Assembly: GCA_963740315.1 (NCBI GenBank)
Contig: CAVUDP010000002.1
Location: 2,944,001 to 3,008,000 of the forward strand
DNA: 64,000 bases
Source: an uncultured cyanobacterium
GTDB taxonomy: Bacteria; Cyanobacteriota; Cyanobacteriia; Cyanobacteriales; Nostocaceae
Reading direction: 5' to 3'
Position 1 is the stretch's first letter; every line of letters begins with the position of its first letter. The position numbers and the translations under genes are program-made. A model generated the notes under the pieces. The model worked only from the letters and a program-made list of their open reading frames with translations. It had not been told where the DNA came from and did not search any database. This document shows, in pieces, positions 40,750 through 51,754 of this stretch.

Positions 40750-40849
40750 TGTAAACCCAGAAACATTGATTTTCTGTCATCTGTCTTAAGACGTATCTTT
40801 ATATTCGGTCAAAGAATATTAGAATTGCATAAAATTTAGTGAATTCTGG

Positions 40850-40863
40850 GTAAACTTTACTAC
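40850..40863. promoter_or_regulatory. NtcA-type box upstream of devH
   Basis: GTA-AACTTTAC-TAC (GTA-N8-TAC); no canonical TAN3T exactly 22 nt downstream. Confidence 0.45.
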
Positions 40864-41025
40864 AAACATTGTACAGTAAGAAGTATAACAAAAGAGTAGA
40901 AGCTCAACTTTCTACCTTTTGAATAGCTGGCATTTAGGTTTTAAGCCTAAGAAAGCCTTTCACAAAGACACTCCTTGCACCTTTTTATGTCGTCTTTGTC
41001 TTCAGCCGAACGCTCTTTGTTACCT

Positions 41026-41745
41026 ATGCAATCTCAATCCTCTTTTTCTGAGGCATCACGTCCATTCTTAACTTGGCAACGAATTCTTGATTGGGCACAA
41101 GAACACTATCGCTGCCGCACCTTTAGCAAAGATGAGCGAATTCCAGCTAGACCTGGATTGCTGTATTTGGTGCAAAGGGGTGCGATCCGCATGGTAGGGA
41201 CCGCCCAAGTGAGTGCTACTGCTTCTCAGTTAACGTCTCGCCGAATTAACAGAACTCCAGAAGAAGCATTTTTGGGTTTTGTTGGTGCGGGACAGCCATT
41301 TGAAATTGTTGCTCAATCACCTTTTACGTTGCAGTCATATGCCCATGTGGACCAGACAGCAGTGTTGTGGATGTACTGGCACGATCTAGATAATTGGCCT
41401 CATTTTCGTCGCGAAGTTATGGATGCCTTTAGGTATCAACATCAGCGTAAACTGCTGTGGTTGAGTGCCTTGGGACAACGACGCACTATTGACCGACTTT
41501 TAGGATTCCTCACTTTATTAATTGAGGAATATGGAGAACCGGCAATGAGCGAAAATGACCCCGAAGTAATTCATGGCTATTGTCTGCCCTTTCCCCTCAC
41601 TCATGCACAAATTGGCAGTGCAATTGGTTCGACTCGCGTAACCGTAACTCGCCTAATGGGTAAATTACGTCAGCGCGGTCTAATCCTTACTCAAGGGGAT
41701 AATTTAATCTGCTTGCCAGCAGAGTCAATTAGTAAAGCCAGCTGA
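41026..41745 (+). CDS. devH: CRP/Fnr-family regulator DevH (heterocyst development)
   Basis: 239 aa from ATG 41026; RPFLTWQRILDWAQEHY and HTH LTHAQIGSAIGSTRVTVTRL; context near pacR/Z-ISO/trxC/ndhF. Confidence 0.85.
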   Translation: MQSQSSFSEASRPFLTWQRILDWAQEHYRCRTFSKDERIPARPGLLYLVQRGAIRMVGTAQVSATASQLTSRRINRTPEEAFLGFVGAGQPFEIVAQSPFTLQSYAHVDQTAVLWMYWHDLDNWPHFRREVMDAFRYQHQRKLLWLSALGQRRTIDRLLGFLTLLIEEYGEPAMSENDPEVIHGYCLPFPLTHAQIGSAIGSTRVTVTRLMGKLRQRGLILTQGDNLICLPAESISKAS

Positions 41746-41764
41746 CGCGCAGGAGCAGTGTTTG

Positions 41765-42823
41765 TCAGCGAATTCTTACAAAACCAGCTTTTGTAATTAA
41801 TTCCTGTCCCTGCTGAGTGCGTAAAAAGTTGGCATAAGCAACACCTGCTTGTTGTTCGGTTTGCCCATTTTGTTTGACCACCACAAACAGATTGCGCGTA
41901 ATCGGGTAATTGCCAGATTGGAAAGCCTCAATGTTCAATTTGTTCCGTAACTGAGGACATTCAGAAGGGAGGACGAATGGTTCTTGGTAAGGAGCGACAT
42001 ATTTCCCTTGCGTTCGCCCCAACGGCAAAGGTTTGATTGAACATTGAGGAACGACTTCCGGGGCAGAAGCATAGTAAATGCCGCCAGGACTTGATTGTAC
42101 TTTTCGTAGCGCTTGGGTGGTGGTGGAAACAAATTCCACCGTTGATGCCATAGGTTGACCACCCAAGACATCTTGAACGAATAGTTCTGCCGTACCGCCA
42201 TCACTTATGCGGCGAGAATAAGCGAGGATTGGTATGTTGGCACCGCCCAACTGATTCCAATTAGTTATCTTGCCAGTATAAATTGACCGTAACTGGTCGA
42301 TGGTTAGTCCTGGAACATTTATATTAGGGTTGACAGCTATTGCTAGCCCATCGATCGCTACGGGAATTTGTTCGAGAGTAAACCCGCGTTGCTTCGCACG
42401 GGTTAATTCTGCGTCTTTTATTGGTCTGGAAGATTGAGCAAACGCTAACTGACCATCAATTAGCATTTGAATACCAGGACTCGAACCAACGGTATCGCTG
42501 AATGGCTGTACGTAACGCAGGCGAAAATCTTTTCGTACTGCTTGAATTTCTTTGTCAATTGATTTTCTTATGGGTGCCCAAGAGGTGCTTCCTCCATAGT
42601 TGAATAATCCTGCGGGCACGTTTTCTACAGAAGAAAAATTTGTACCGCTTTCTAGTGAGGAATTCGGAGGTGTTGCAGGTGGATTTGATGTACTTGAACT
42701 GGAGTTGCTCAGTTGAGTTTTGAAAAAATTGTTTTTATTAAATAACCACCATCCACCGGCTATAAGTCCGATAGTGATTAATAAAGATAAAACCAGAATT
42801 GGTGTTTCGTTTTTGTGTGACAT
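41765..42823 (-). CDS. PstS-like substrate-binding protein with N-terminal TM anchor, copy 2
   Basis: YGGSTSW, GSSPG, QSSRP, VAIDGLA, YPITRNLFVV; no lipobox. Confidence 0.85.
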   Translation of the reverse strand: MSHKNETPILVLSLLITIGLIAGGWWLFNKNNFFKTQLSNSSSSTSNPPATPPNSSLESGTNFSSVENVPAGLFNYGGSTSWAPIRKSIDKEIQAVRKDFRLRYVQPFSDTVGSSPGIQMLIDGQLAFAQSSRPIKDAELTRAKQRGFTLEQIPVAIDGLAIAVNPNINVPGLTIDQLRSIYTGKITNWNQLGGANIPILAYSRRISDGGTAELFVQDVLGGQPMASTVEFVSTTTQALRKVQSSPGGIYYASAPEVVPQCSIKPLPLGRTQGKYVAPYQEPFVLPSECPQLRNKLNIEAFQSGNYPITRNLFVVVKQNGQTEQQAGVAYANFLRTQQGQELITKAGFVRIR

Positions 42824-42935
42824 AAGAAATAATTGCTTTTAAATATTATTTTTTTACTTTTTTATTCTTTTAATAATGAATAGCTAATAGCCAATTTTGA
42901 GCAGCTTTCGACTATTAGCTCTTATATATTAGATA

Positions 42936-43967
42936 TTAATTAATTCTGACAAATCCTGCCTGAGAAATTAGATTTTGACCTTCGTCTGTAAGTAGCAACT
43001 TAGCATAAGCAACACCTGCTAGTTCGTCAATTTGACCGTTTTTCTTGACAACCACAAACAAGCGTCTGGTCATAGGATATTTATCGCTTTTAAAAGCATC
43101 TATATTTAGTTGATTACGCTTTTGCGGACAATCAGTTGGTTGAACGTAAGGCTGTTTATAAGGCGTAACTAATTGCGAAGGTGTTCGCCCTATTGGTAAA
43201 GGTTTAATAACACATTGTCCAACCACTTCAGGTGCAGAAGCATAATAAATACCACCGGGATTTTGAGCTACTTTTCTCAAACCCTCAGTTGTAGTATCAA
43301 TTGTTTGAACATTTTTACCGAAATCTTCTTTTTCTAAAACATTATCAACAAAAAATTCAACAGTACCTCCTTCACTAATTTTGGAATAAGGTACGATCGC
43401 CAGATTTTCTCCGCCAACTTGTTGCCAATTCGTTATTTTGCCAGTGTAAATATCTTTGATTTGAGCTAAGGTAAGCCCTGGAATATTTAAGTTATTGTTA
43501 ACAGCGATCGCAATACCATCGATCGCAACTGGAATTTCTTCAAGTTTAAAACCTCGCTGTTGTGCCTGTTGATATTCTTTATCTTTCACGGGTCTTGAAG
43601 ATTGTGAAAAAGCTAGCTGATTGTTCAACAGCATCTCGATGCCAGTACCAGAACCTGGGGCACCTGTAATTGGATTGGTATAGCGGAGTTTAAATTTAGG
43701 TAAAGCAGTTTCGATCGCAGAATCAGCTTCTTTGCGAATAGGTGCCCATGTACTACTACCCCCATAGCTAAACAATCCAGAAGGAATTTTTTGTACGGAG
43801 GTAAAAGTTTCATTGGCAGATTGCAGATTTTGTTGAGATTGATTACTGCTGATAGAACCTAATTTAATATCGTAGCTTCTAGCCAACCACCAATAAACTG
43901 CGCCCACTAAACCGAGTGTAATTAGTAAAGCTAGAACTAAAACCGCCGTCTCGTTTTTTTGTGACAT
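42936..43967 (-). CDS. PstS-like substrate-binding protein with N-terminal TM anchor, copy 1
   Basis: YGGSSTW, GSGTG, QSSRP, VAIDGIA, YPMTRRLFVV; clear paralog of copy 2. Confidence 0.85.
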   Translation of the reverse strand: MSQKNETAVLVLALLITLGLVGAVYWWLARSYDIKLGSISSNQSQQNLQSANETFTSVQKIPSGLFSYGGSSTWAPIRKEADSAIETALPKFKLRYTNPITGAPGSGTGIEMLLNNQLAFSQSSRPVKDKEYQQAQQRGFKLEEIPVAIDGIAIAVNNNLNIPGLTLAQIKDIYTGKITNWQQVGGENLAIVPYSKISEGGTVEFFVDNVLEKEDFGKNVQTIDTTTEGLRKVAQNPGGIYYASAPEVVGQCVIKPLPIGRTPSQLVTPYKQPYVQPTDCPQKRNQLNIDAFKSDKYPMTRRLFVVVKKNGQIDELAGVAYAKLLLTDEGQNLISQAGFVRIN

Positions 43968-44366
43968 AAATGTAGCGATCGACTTTCAATTGAGGAATTT
44001 TAACTCCAGATGATTTTTATGGAGCTAAATATTAGAATGCGTCTTTTTATAAATGCCCCTGAGAATCAACTACGATGAATAATTAGCAGAAGTTACAATT
44101 ATCGCCTTCTGTATCAAAACCTCAAAAACTACAGAATTATTCAGCTTTTTTTTACTTTAAGAAAGTTTCTTTTTAAGCAATTGTACTATATGGTAACAAA
44201 TACTCTTGTTACAATTACAATGTCTTAATTAACAGCAATATATCGCGATCGTTTATCGCCATTCAAGTGCATATGCAACTAATTATTATATCTATCAATT
44301 ATTTGTTAACCATTTATTAATCAAAACTTAATACTAAATTGAAACTTAATTACTCTTGAAATTTAT

Positions 44367-45779
44367 TTAAAGAAGCAAAGATAATATTTTATAGATCAGA
44401 CGAAATAGTGATGTGAAAGCAACAGTAATTAAACCTGCGGCTATTGATAAAATAATGATTTGTTGAATCCCAAGTCCACCTTGTAACAACGGAATAAAAA
44501 AGATAATTGATAATGCGATCGCGGGAATAATTACTAAATCCCACTTTTCAATCCATCGCTTGGTTTGAGCAAAAATTAATATTCCTATAATTACAGCACA
44601 AGCAATAAAAGTAAGAGGAGGTGATTTAAGTAGACTCAACAATGCTATGGAAATTAAAGCCCCTACAAATCCACTAAAAGCAGAGCCAGCTAATAATTCC
44701 AGTGGAGAAAAACTGGGTACTTGCGTACTAAGAGATGTTGATGGTGAAGGAAGCGGTGAAGGTGGTGGTTGTGATATTATTTGTGGCTGATTGTAATTGA
44801 GTGAAGTATCGGGTATCGGTTGCGCGGATGAATCAAGAGCTTCTAAAACTTCTTCCGCCGACCCAAAACGCTGATTTGGCGCACTGCGGAGCATTCTATC
44901 TAAAATTTCAGCAAGGTGAGAACTAACACTTACTTTGTCTCGCCATTGCAACTGATTAGTGTAGGCATCAAATAGTTGAGTTACGACATGCTGTCCTGTT
45001 AACAATAAAATAACAGTTACAGCTAAAGCGTATAAGTCCGTAGAAGCAAATACCTTACCTCCAGACATTTGTTCTGGTGGTGCAAATCCTAAAGAATATA
45101 TTCCGGTAGAAGAATTAAGTGCCCCAGTCGGGCTGTTTGTTACTTGTTTGACAGCGCCAAAATCTAGTAAGAAAAGTCTACCGTTACGATGGCGCATTAT
45201 ATTAGAAGGTTTGATATCTCGGTGGATAATGCCTTTATCGTGAACGAATTGCAGTACCGGGAGAATTGAACGCAGCAGGAACAACACTTCTGCTTCAGAG
45301 AATTCGCCTTTACGAACTAATTCCTCTTCTAAGTTTTCTCCATCAATATATTCCTGTACCAGATAAAAAAATTGGTTTTCTGCCTTTGATTGCAAGCGTG
45401 GAACTATAACCGGGAAAAAAGCAAATAAGTCCGGAATTTGGTCGTGTTGCGAGCCAATCTCTTCTAAAACTACTGCTTCCCTTTCAAATAAATCTTGCGC
45501 TAGCTGTAGTTGAGTGGGACTCAAATCTCCTGCTGGCAGAAACTGCTTTACCACGCATTGACGCATTCCTGGGGTATAGCGATCGCGCGATAAAAATGCT
45601 GCTCCGAAACCTCCTCTTCCAAGCAGCTTTATTGGTAAATAACGTCCGGCTAAAATTAAAGGCATCCCACAAGCGGTACAGTACTTTTGCTGTGCGGTTC
45701 TCAGGGTTGCGTTATTATCTAAATCTACGAAATTATTCTGGGGACGGGGACATTGAGGACGAGTACAGTAAATTTCCAT
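44367..45779 (-). CDS. Hanks-type Ser/Thr kinase with N-terminal 4-Cys Zn-ribbon and C-terminal TM helices
   Basis: YCTRPQC...YCTACG, GRGGFG, VVKQ, HRDIKPSN, DFG, APPEQ, DLYAL; about 4 C-terminal TM segments. Confidence 0.93.
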   Translation of the reverse strand: MEIYCTRPQCPRPQNNFVDLDNNATLRTAQQKYCTACGMPLILAGRYLPIKLLGRGGFGAAFLSRDRYTPGMRQCVVKQFLPAGDLSPTQLQLAQDLFEREAVVLEEIGSQHDQIPDLFAFFPVIVPRLQSKAENQFFYLVQEYIDGENLEEELVRKGEFSEAEVLFLLRSILPVLQFVHDKGIIHRDIKPSNIMRHRNGRLFLLDFGAVKQVTNSPTGALNSSTGIYSLGFAPPEQMSGGKVFASTDLYALAVTVILLLTGQHVVTQLFDAYTNQLQWRDKVSVSSHLAEILDRMLRSAPNQRFGSAEEVLEALDSSAQPIPDTSLNYNQPQIISQPPPSPLPSPSTSLSTQVPSFSPLELLAGSAFSGFVGALISIALLSLLKSPPLTFIACAVIIGILIFAQTKRWIEKWDLVIIPAIALSIIFFIPLLQGGLGIQQIIILSIAAGLITVAFTSLFRLIYKILSLLL

Positions 45780-45979
45780 TGTTTGTCATAAGTCAAGAGC
45801 AATTTGTCTACAACGAACGGTGAAGTCCGGCTTTAAGTAATCCCACAGAAATATTTACACATGATTTTCTCGACAAAACAAGGGTTAATAGTCGAGCAGG
45901 CGTGTAATCATTTTTGTCCGACTAATAAAGGCGGAAACTGTTCTCCGTTGTTACATAACAAAAGACTTTTGACGTAACT

Positions 45980-46987
45980 TTAGCTGTCCTTAAAGTTGGA
46001 TGCCTGTACTTCTAAAGCATTTACTGGAATTGCGTGTGATGATTTTAACATATCTATATGCCATCCAGGTGCGGCAAACTGAGGCAGGATTTCTCGACTG
46101 AAGGCTTCTGCGGCTTTGGACTTGTACCGATTGGGATTAAAAATCAACCACAGCGTCCGCTTAACGACTACGCTATCAATCGGAGTAAAGTGAAGCATTC
46201 CCATTTGTAACTCTTTGGCGATCGCGCTAGTTGAAACAAAAGCAGCACCCAAAGAAGACTGTACGGCATTTTTAATTGCTTCGATGGAATTAAGTTCCAT
46301 TTCAATTCTTAAACGGCGCGTGTCGATGTCATGGCGTGATAGCACTTGATCTATGACTTTACGGATAGTCGATTGCGAATCCAAAGCAATAAATTGCAGT
46401 TTGTATAGGTCTTCTTTTTGGATGGTTTCCAGTTTGGCAAATGGATGAGATGCGGGTAAGATTAATGCCAACTCATCTTCTGCGTAAGGAATTTTTTCTA
46501 ATGAATCCGTTAATTCTGCGGGAATTTCACCGCCGATAATTGCCAAATCGACTTGTCCGTTGACTACACTCCAGGCGGTGCGGCGAGTGGAATGAACGTG
46601 TAACTGTACCGCCACATCTGGATATTTCTGTCGGAACATCCCAATCATTCGAGGCAAAAGGTAAGTCCCCGTAGTTTGAGAAGCACCGACAATTAAAGTA
46701 CCGCCTTGAAGATTTTGTAAATCCTCAATAGCGCGACAAGTTTCTTGACATAGACTGAGGATTTTTTCCCCATAGCTCAAAAGCAAGTGTCCCGCTTCAG
46801 TCAACTGTGCCCGACGACCTCCACGGTCAAATAAAGGCACATCTAGCTGTCTTTCTAAATTTTGCACTTGCAAACTCACCGCAGGTTGAGAGACATAGAG
46901 GCTGTCAGCAGCACGCTTGAAACTCCCTTCTGCGGCAATCGCTTTGAGTATTCGTAACTGATCTAAAGTAAAAGGAAGGTCAGACAT
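45980..46987 (-). CDS. pacR: LysR regulator of the Ycf30/RbcR clade (PacR)
   Basis: [62 protein letters not shown]. Confidence 0.85.
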   Translation of the reverse strand: MSDLPFTLDQLRILKAIAAEGSFKRAADSLYVSQPAVSLQVQNLERQLDVPLFDRGGRRAQLTEAGHLLLSYGEKILSLCQETCRAIEDLQNLQGGTLIVGASQTTGTYLLPRMIGMFRQKYPDVAVQLHVHSTRRTAWSVVNGQVDLAIIGGEIPAELTDSLEKIPYAEDELALILPASHPFAKLETIQKEDLYKLQFIALDSQSTIRKVIDQVLSRHDIDTRRLRIEMELNSIEAIKNAVQSSLGAAFVSTSAIAKELQMGMLHFTPIDSVVVKRTLWLIFNPNRYKSKAAEAFSREILPQFAAPGWHIDMLKSSHAIPVNALEVQASNFKDS

Positions 46988-47200
46988 AAGGTTCAACCCA
47001 CAAAATTGAAAGGAGCAGTTTTGGCAACATTCGGGCTTTCATCGTTTTTTTTACTAGGCATAGAATAGAACACAATGCGTATTAAACTTGGAGGCATTAC
47101 CCGAAAAGACAGTAGCACAACATATTGACCAAAATCCTCCTATTGTAACTTTGTGGTATTGGTTGTACTGAATTTAATTTTCTGTATTCTGACTTTATCT

Positions 47201-47929
47201 ATGTATACTATTGTGCCTATGCCAAGTTGGTTTACCTCCACTCATTTTGTCATGCTGGGGCTATTGTTGGCTTTTGCGATCGTTCATAGTGGAGGAGCAG
47301 CCCTGCGGGAAAAAGCAGAAAAACTCATCGGAGCAAGGCTTTACCGAATTTTATTTGCACTTAATAGCTTGATCTTAGCTGTAATATTAATTATTTACTT
47401 TTTTAACCATCGCTATGATGGCTTGCAGCTTTGGCAGGTACAAAATGTGCCCGGAATACAGACACTGGTCTGGGTATTATCGGCAATTTCTTTTATATTT
47501 TTATATCCTTCTACATTTAATCTACTGGAAGTTGCTGCTATCTCCAAGCCAGAACTTCATATGCACGAAACTGGAATTATTCGCATCACCCGTCATCCCC
47601 AAATGGTAGGACAAATAATTTGGTGCGTCGCTCATACTTTATGGATAGGCACTACTTTTACATTATTAACCTCTGTAGGTTTAGTAATCCACCATTTATT
47701 TGCTGTATGGCATGGCGATCGCCGTTTGCATTCGCGTTATGGCGAAGCTTTTGAAAAAATGAAGCAACGTACCAGCGTTATTCCTTTTGCCGCAATTTTC
47801 GACGGTCGTCAATCTATCAAAGGTAAGGAATTTTTACGTCCTGCTTATCTTGGAGTGGCGATATTTGTGCTTCTAATTTGGTGGTCGCACCCCGTTTTAA
47901 TGAGTTTAACTAGTAAGGTTCATTGGTAG
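47201..47929 (+). CDS. NnrU-family protein, likely 15-cis-zeta-carotene isomerase (Z-ISO)
   Basis: HSGGAALR, ETGIIRITRHPQMVGQ, WHGDRRL, RTSVIPF; start could be 47219. Confidence 0.85.
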   Translation: MYTIVPMPSWFTSTHFVMLGLLLAFAIVHSGGAALREKAEKLIGARLYRILFALNSLILAVILIIYFFNHRYDGLQLWQVQNVPGIQTLVWVLSAISFIFLYPSTFNLLEVAAISKPELHMHETGIIRITRHPQMVGQIIWCVAHTLWIGTTFTLLTSVGLVIHHLFAVWHGDRRLHSRYGEAFEKMKQRTSVIPFAAIFDGRQSIKGKEFLRPAYLGVAIFVLLIWWSHPVLMSLTSKVHW

Positions 47930-47930
47930 A

Positions 47931-47968
47931 CCTCATTGCTCAAATGCTTACACGGCTGAGCATTGAGG
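47931..47968 (+). terminator. Stem-loop downstream of the Z-ISO gene
   Basis: CCTCATTGCTCA ... TGAGCATTGAGG, 12-bp stem with 1 mismatch. Confidence 0.45.
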
Positions 47969-48436
47969 TACAATGCAGGATTGTTTTTTTAAGACTTATT
48001 AGTTGCGACCAATTCAATGTAGGATAAATTGAAACAACTAGGGAATGCGGGGTGTTTTTTCGGCAAAGTGGAGATTAAATAGTAATAGTTGCCCTATGCT
48101 CGATGGGCTAGGGGGTCGAATTCACCCTTTCTGATGGCCGCAGGTTATATTGAATGACCGCAGCTTTCATCAAAAGTCGAAAATTAAAGTTTAAGCCAAG
48201 TTTTTGTCATAATTACATAACAAAAATGCTATGTAAGCAAATTATTAAGCCAAGGGAGTCTCCAAATACATCAAGTGGCGCACCTGGAGGTTAAAAAAAA
48301 GTAGACGTTGCGTAAAGATAGATGATATTCATGAAGGGTACATCTTTGAAAAGAGCCTAGAAATATCTACTGGTAGGAAACGGCTTCTGGGTAAGTATAG
48401 CGAATGATATGAAAACCTTTAATTTCGAGAGGCATC

Positions 48437-48835
48437 ATGGTGTTGTCGGTTAGTGAACGGACATTTACAAAAGAAGTTTTAGAATCTCAAGTTCCGGTTT
48501 TGGTCAATTTTGAAGCACCTTGGTGTGGCTTGTGCCGCATCATAAAACCTTTATTATTGCAATTTAAATCTCAATGTGGCGAAGAAATTAAGTTAGTTGG
48601 TGTGAATGCCGATGATAATTTTAAACTGTCTACCACCTATCGGTTAAAGACACTTCCAACTTTGCTGTTAATTGAAAATGGGATTGTTCTTGTTCGTTTA
48701 GAAGGTTTTCGTGGCAGAGAAGATTTATTTGCGGCTTTGTCCCAGATGAAAGAAAACTACACGAATTTACCCCAAACTTACGGTAGTAGAGAAACAGCAG
48801 ATTTAGGTTGCCGCCCTATTAGGCTTGGTGCATAA
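48437..48835 (+). CDS. trxC: Atypical cyanobacterial thioredoxin TrxC
   Basis: Active-site motif WCGLC; GAGG RBS; located upstream of ndhF1. Confidence 0.9.
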   Translation: MVLSVSERTFTKEVLESQVPVLVNFEAPWCGLCRIIKPLLLQFKSQCGEEIKLVGVNADDNFKLSTTYRLKTLPTLLLIENGIVLVRLEGFRGREDLFAALSQMKENYTNLPQTYGSRETADLGCRPIRLGA

Positions 48836-49554
48836 ATCTGAAAACTGACAAATTCTGGTTCTTCCGTACAAGCTCATGCGTCATTAGCAAAAAGGATCGT
48901 ATAAGAGGGGGGAATCTTAGTTGTAGAGCCAAATAATCCGCGATATGTAAGGATGGAAAAGCTTTTGCCCGATCTGTTGCGTATCTTGATGTTGAAGAAC
49001 CGAAATTTTTCTTTTCCGCAAGTAAATTAAACGGGCGATCGCCCATTTTGTTTTTTGGGACAAAACTATTTTTGTCTGCCTTGCGGGCAAACTAAGCCGC
49101 ACCTGACGGTGAACGGTAACAGAAGTCAAAACGGATTCCTATAGTTACCATAAAATAATTGTAATAATGGCTTTAGAAAAGGCAAAAATCTTCTAAAGTA
49201 TTGCGGCATTAATCGCGATATTCTTGTAGGTTATGGTGCTATTAAAGAAAATTTTAAGTTTTGTTTTGTACTTTTTATACAAGTACATTGCAACACCTTG
49301 CTTCGGGGGAAATTATTGGCGAAAATTAGCAATAAAAATCAAACTATTTTTAATTACCTCACCCAAATACTATCGGGTGGGGTATTTTATCTTAAATTCT
49401 GTGTGTCACAATTATTAACAGTTCCGACCAGGACAATTGCGGCGCGGATGGATAATTGACTTGGACGGAGGCTTTCCTCTGTCGCAAGAAACATTTTGTA
49501 GTTCGTAGCAATGTTCTAATAAAAGTGAAAAATTCTAAAAGTAGGCATGACTAG

Positions 49555-51645
49555 ATGGAAGTAATCTATCAATATGCTTGGCTGATTCCAGTTTTACCGC
49601 TTTTAGGAGCGATGCTGGTCGGCTTAGGCTTAATTTCGTTTAATCAGGTGACTAATCGCCTACGACAGCTAAACGCCGTATTAATTATCTCTTTAATGGC
49701 AGCAGCAATGGGGCTGTCGTTTAGTTTGTTGTGGAGTCAAATTCAAGGACACCCAACCTATACGCGCACCTTAGAATGGGCGGCAGCAGGTAGCTTTCAT
49801 TTGAATATGGGCTATACAGTAGACCATCTGACAGCGGTAATGCTGGCGATCGTCACCAGTGTAGCTGTGTTGGTGATGGTGTACACCGATGGCTACATGG
49901 CTCATGACCCAGGCTACGTCAGGTTTTACGCCTATTTGAGTTTATTTGGCTCTTCAATGCTAGGTTTGGTAGTTAGTCCAAACCTGGTACAAATTTATAT
50001 ATTTTGGGAATTAGTGGGAATGTGTTCCTACTTGCTGGTTGGCTTCTGGTACGATCGCAAGTCAGCAGCAGATGCAGCCCAAAAAGCGTTTGTGACCAAC
50101 CGCGTTGGTGACTTTGGTTTGTTGTTGGGCATCTTAGGACTCTTTTGGGCAACGGGAAGCTTTGAGTTCGAGATTATGGGCGATCGCTTAGCGGAATTGG
50201 TGCAAACTGGTTCTCTTAGCAACGTCTTAGCAATTCTGTTCGCGATTCTAGTTTTCTTAGGTCCGGTAGCGAAGTCAGCCCAGTTTCCGCTGCACGTTTG
50301 GTTGCCGGATGCAATGGAAGGTCCTACTCCCATTTCCGCCTTGATTCACGCGGCAACAATGGTAGCAGCGGGCGTTTTCTTAATTGCCCGGATGTACCCG
50401 GTATTTGAACACGTTCCAGTGGCATTGAACGTAATTGCTTATGTTGGAGCATTTACGGCGTTTATGGGGGCAACAATTGCTTTAACCCAAAACGACATTA
50501 AGAAAGGTTTGGCTTACTCGACCATTTCCCAACTTGGTTATATGGTGATGGCGATGGGAGTAGGCGCTTATACTGCCGGTTTCTTCCATTTAATGACCCA
50601 CGCTTACTTTAAAGCGATGCTGTTCCTTGGTTCCGGTTCGGTAATTCACGGAATGGAAGGAGTTGTCGGTCACGATCCAGTTGTGGCGCAGGATATGCGA
50701 GCAATGGGCGGATTGCGGAAGTATATGCCATTCACGGCAACTACCTTTTTTATTGGTTGTTTGGCAATTTCGGGTATTCCACCCTTCGCCGGTTTTTGGT
50801 CAAAAGATGAAATTCTTGGTTCTGCCTTTGCCGTTAACCCATTTTTATGGTTTGTCGGTTGGCTAACTGCCGGAATTACCGCTTTCTATATGTTTAGAAT
50901 GTATTTCATGACATTTGAAGGCAAATTCAAGGGCAAAGATGAGAATATTTTGCAGCAGTTGAAAAAATCGGCTGCGACAATTTTCATGGAGTCAGAAGCT
51001 ACTCCTAATTTTGGTCCTGGGGCAATGAAGCAGGGAGAATTGGAATCTACTACCCACGACGACCATTCCCACGATAGTCACGGACACAGCGATACACCCC
51101 ATGAATCTCCGTGGACGATGACCTTACCGTTGGTGGTTTTGGCAATTCCTTCGATGCTGATTGGTTTGGTAGGAACTCCTTATGCAAACTATTTTGAGGA
51201 GTTTATCTATCCACCCAGCGAAACATTGGCTGAAGTGATGGAAAAAACAGCGGAATTTGACCCCACAGAGTTTTATACAATGGCGGGGCTATCGGTAGCG
51301 ATCGCGGTTGTGGGAATTATCTTGGCTGTGTTGATGTATCGATTGCATAAAATCGATCCAGCAGCGATCGCAGCTAAATACCCAGCACTTTACAAGTTAT
51401 CTCTCAACAAGTGGTACTTTGACGATATTTACCATCGCGTATTTGTTCTCGGCTTGCGTCGGTTAGCCAGACAAGTATTGGAAGTTGACTTCCGCGTTGT
51501 CGATGGTGCTGTTAACCTTACTGGACTTTTCGCTATTGTCAGCGGTGAAGGTCTAAAGTACCTCGAAAACGGACGCGCACAATTCTATGCCTTGATTATC
51601 TTTGGGGCTGTTTTGGGCTTGGTGATTGTCTTTGGTGTTACCTGA
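49555..51645 (+). CDS. ndhF: NDH-1 subunit 5 (NdhF1)
   Basis: YQYAWLIPVLP, AFVTNRVGDFG, KSAQFPLHVWLPDAMEGPTPISALIHAATMV. Confidence 0.97.
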   Translation: MEVIYQYAWLIPVLPLLGAMLVGLGLISFNQVTNRLRQLNAVLIISLMAAAMGLSFSLLWSQIQGHPTYTRTLEWAAAGSFHLNMGYTVDHLTAVMLAIVTSVAVLVMVYTDGYMAHDPGYVRFYAYLSLFGSSMLGLVVSPNLVQIYIFWELVGMCSYLLVGFWYDRKSAADAAQKAFVTNRVGDFGLLLGILGLFWATGSFEFEIMGDRLAELVQTGSLSNVLAILFAILVFLGPVAKSAQFPLHVWLPDAMEGPTPISALIHAATMVAAGVFLIARMYPVFEHVPVALNVIAYVGAFTAFMGATIALTQNDIKKGLAYSTISQLGYMVMAMGVGAYTAGFFHLMTHAYFKAMLFLGSGSVIHGMEGVVGHDPVVAQDMRAMGGLRKYMPFTATTFFIGCLAISGIPPFAGFWSKDEILGSAFAVNPFLWFVGWLTAGITAFYMFRMYFMTFEGKFKGKDENILQQLKKSAATIFMESEATPNFGPGAMKQGELESTTHDDHSHDSHGHSDTPHESPWTMTLPLVVLAIPSMLIGLVGTPYANYFEEFIYPPSETLAEVMEKTAEFDPTEFYTMAGLSVAIAVVGIILAVLMYRLHKIDPAAIAAKYPALYKLSLNKWYFDDIYHRVFVLGLRRLARQVLEVDFRVVDGAVNLTGLFAIVSGEGLKYLENGRAQFYALIIFGAVLGLVIVFGVT

Positions 51646-51703
51646 TGTAGAAATGTCATGTGTTACGTTTCTACAGGTCAGGTAAAGAATTAGATTGATG
51701 AAA

Positions 51704-51743
51704 ATGAAGGCAGATTAACTAGTTTACCTGCCTTCATCTTTTT
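51704..51743 (+). terminator. Rho-independent-like hairpin after ndhF
   Basis: ATGAAGGCAG ... CTGCCTTCAT followed by CTTTTT. Confidence 0.6.
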
Positions 51744-51754
51744 GACTTTTTGCT

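Noticed and set aside
48819..49418. Small ORFs between trxC and ndhF (48819-49046, 48917-49129, 49233-49418)
   Set aside because: No motifs, overlapping frames and weak starts; likely regulatory or UTR sequence, although a small protein cannot be excluded.
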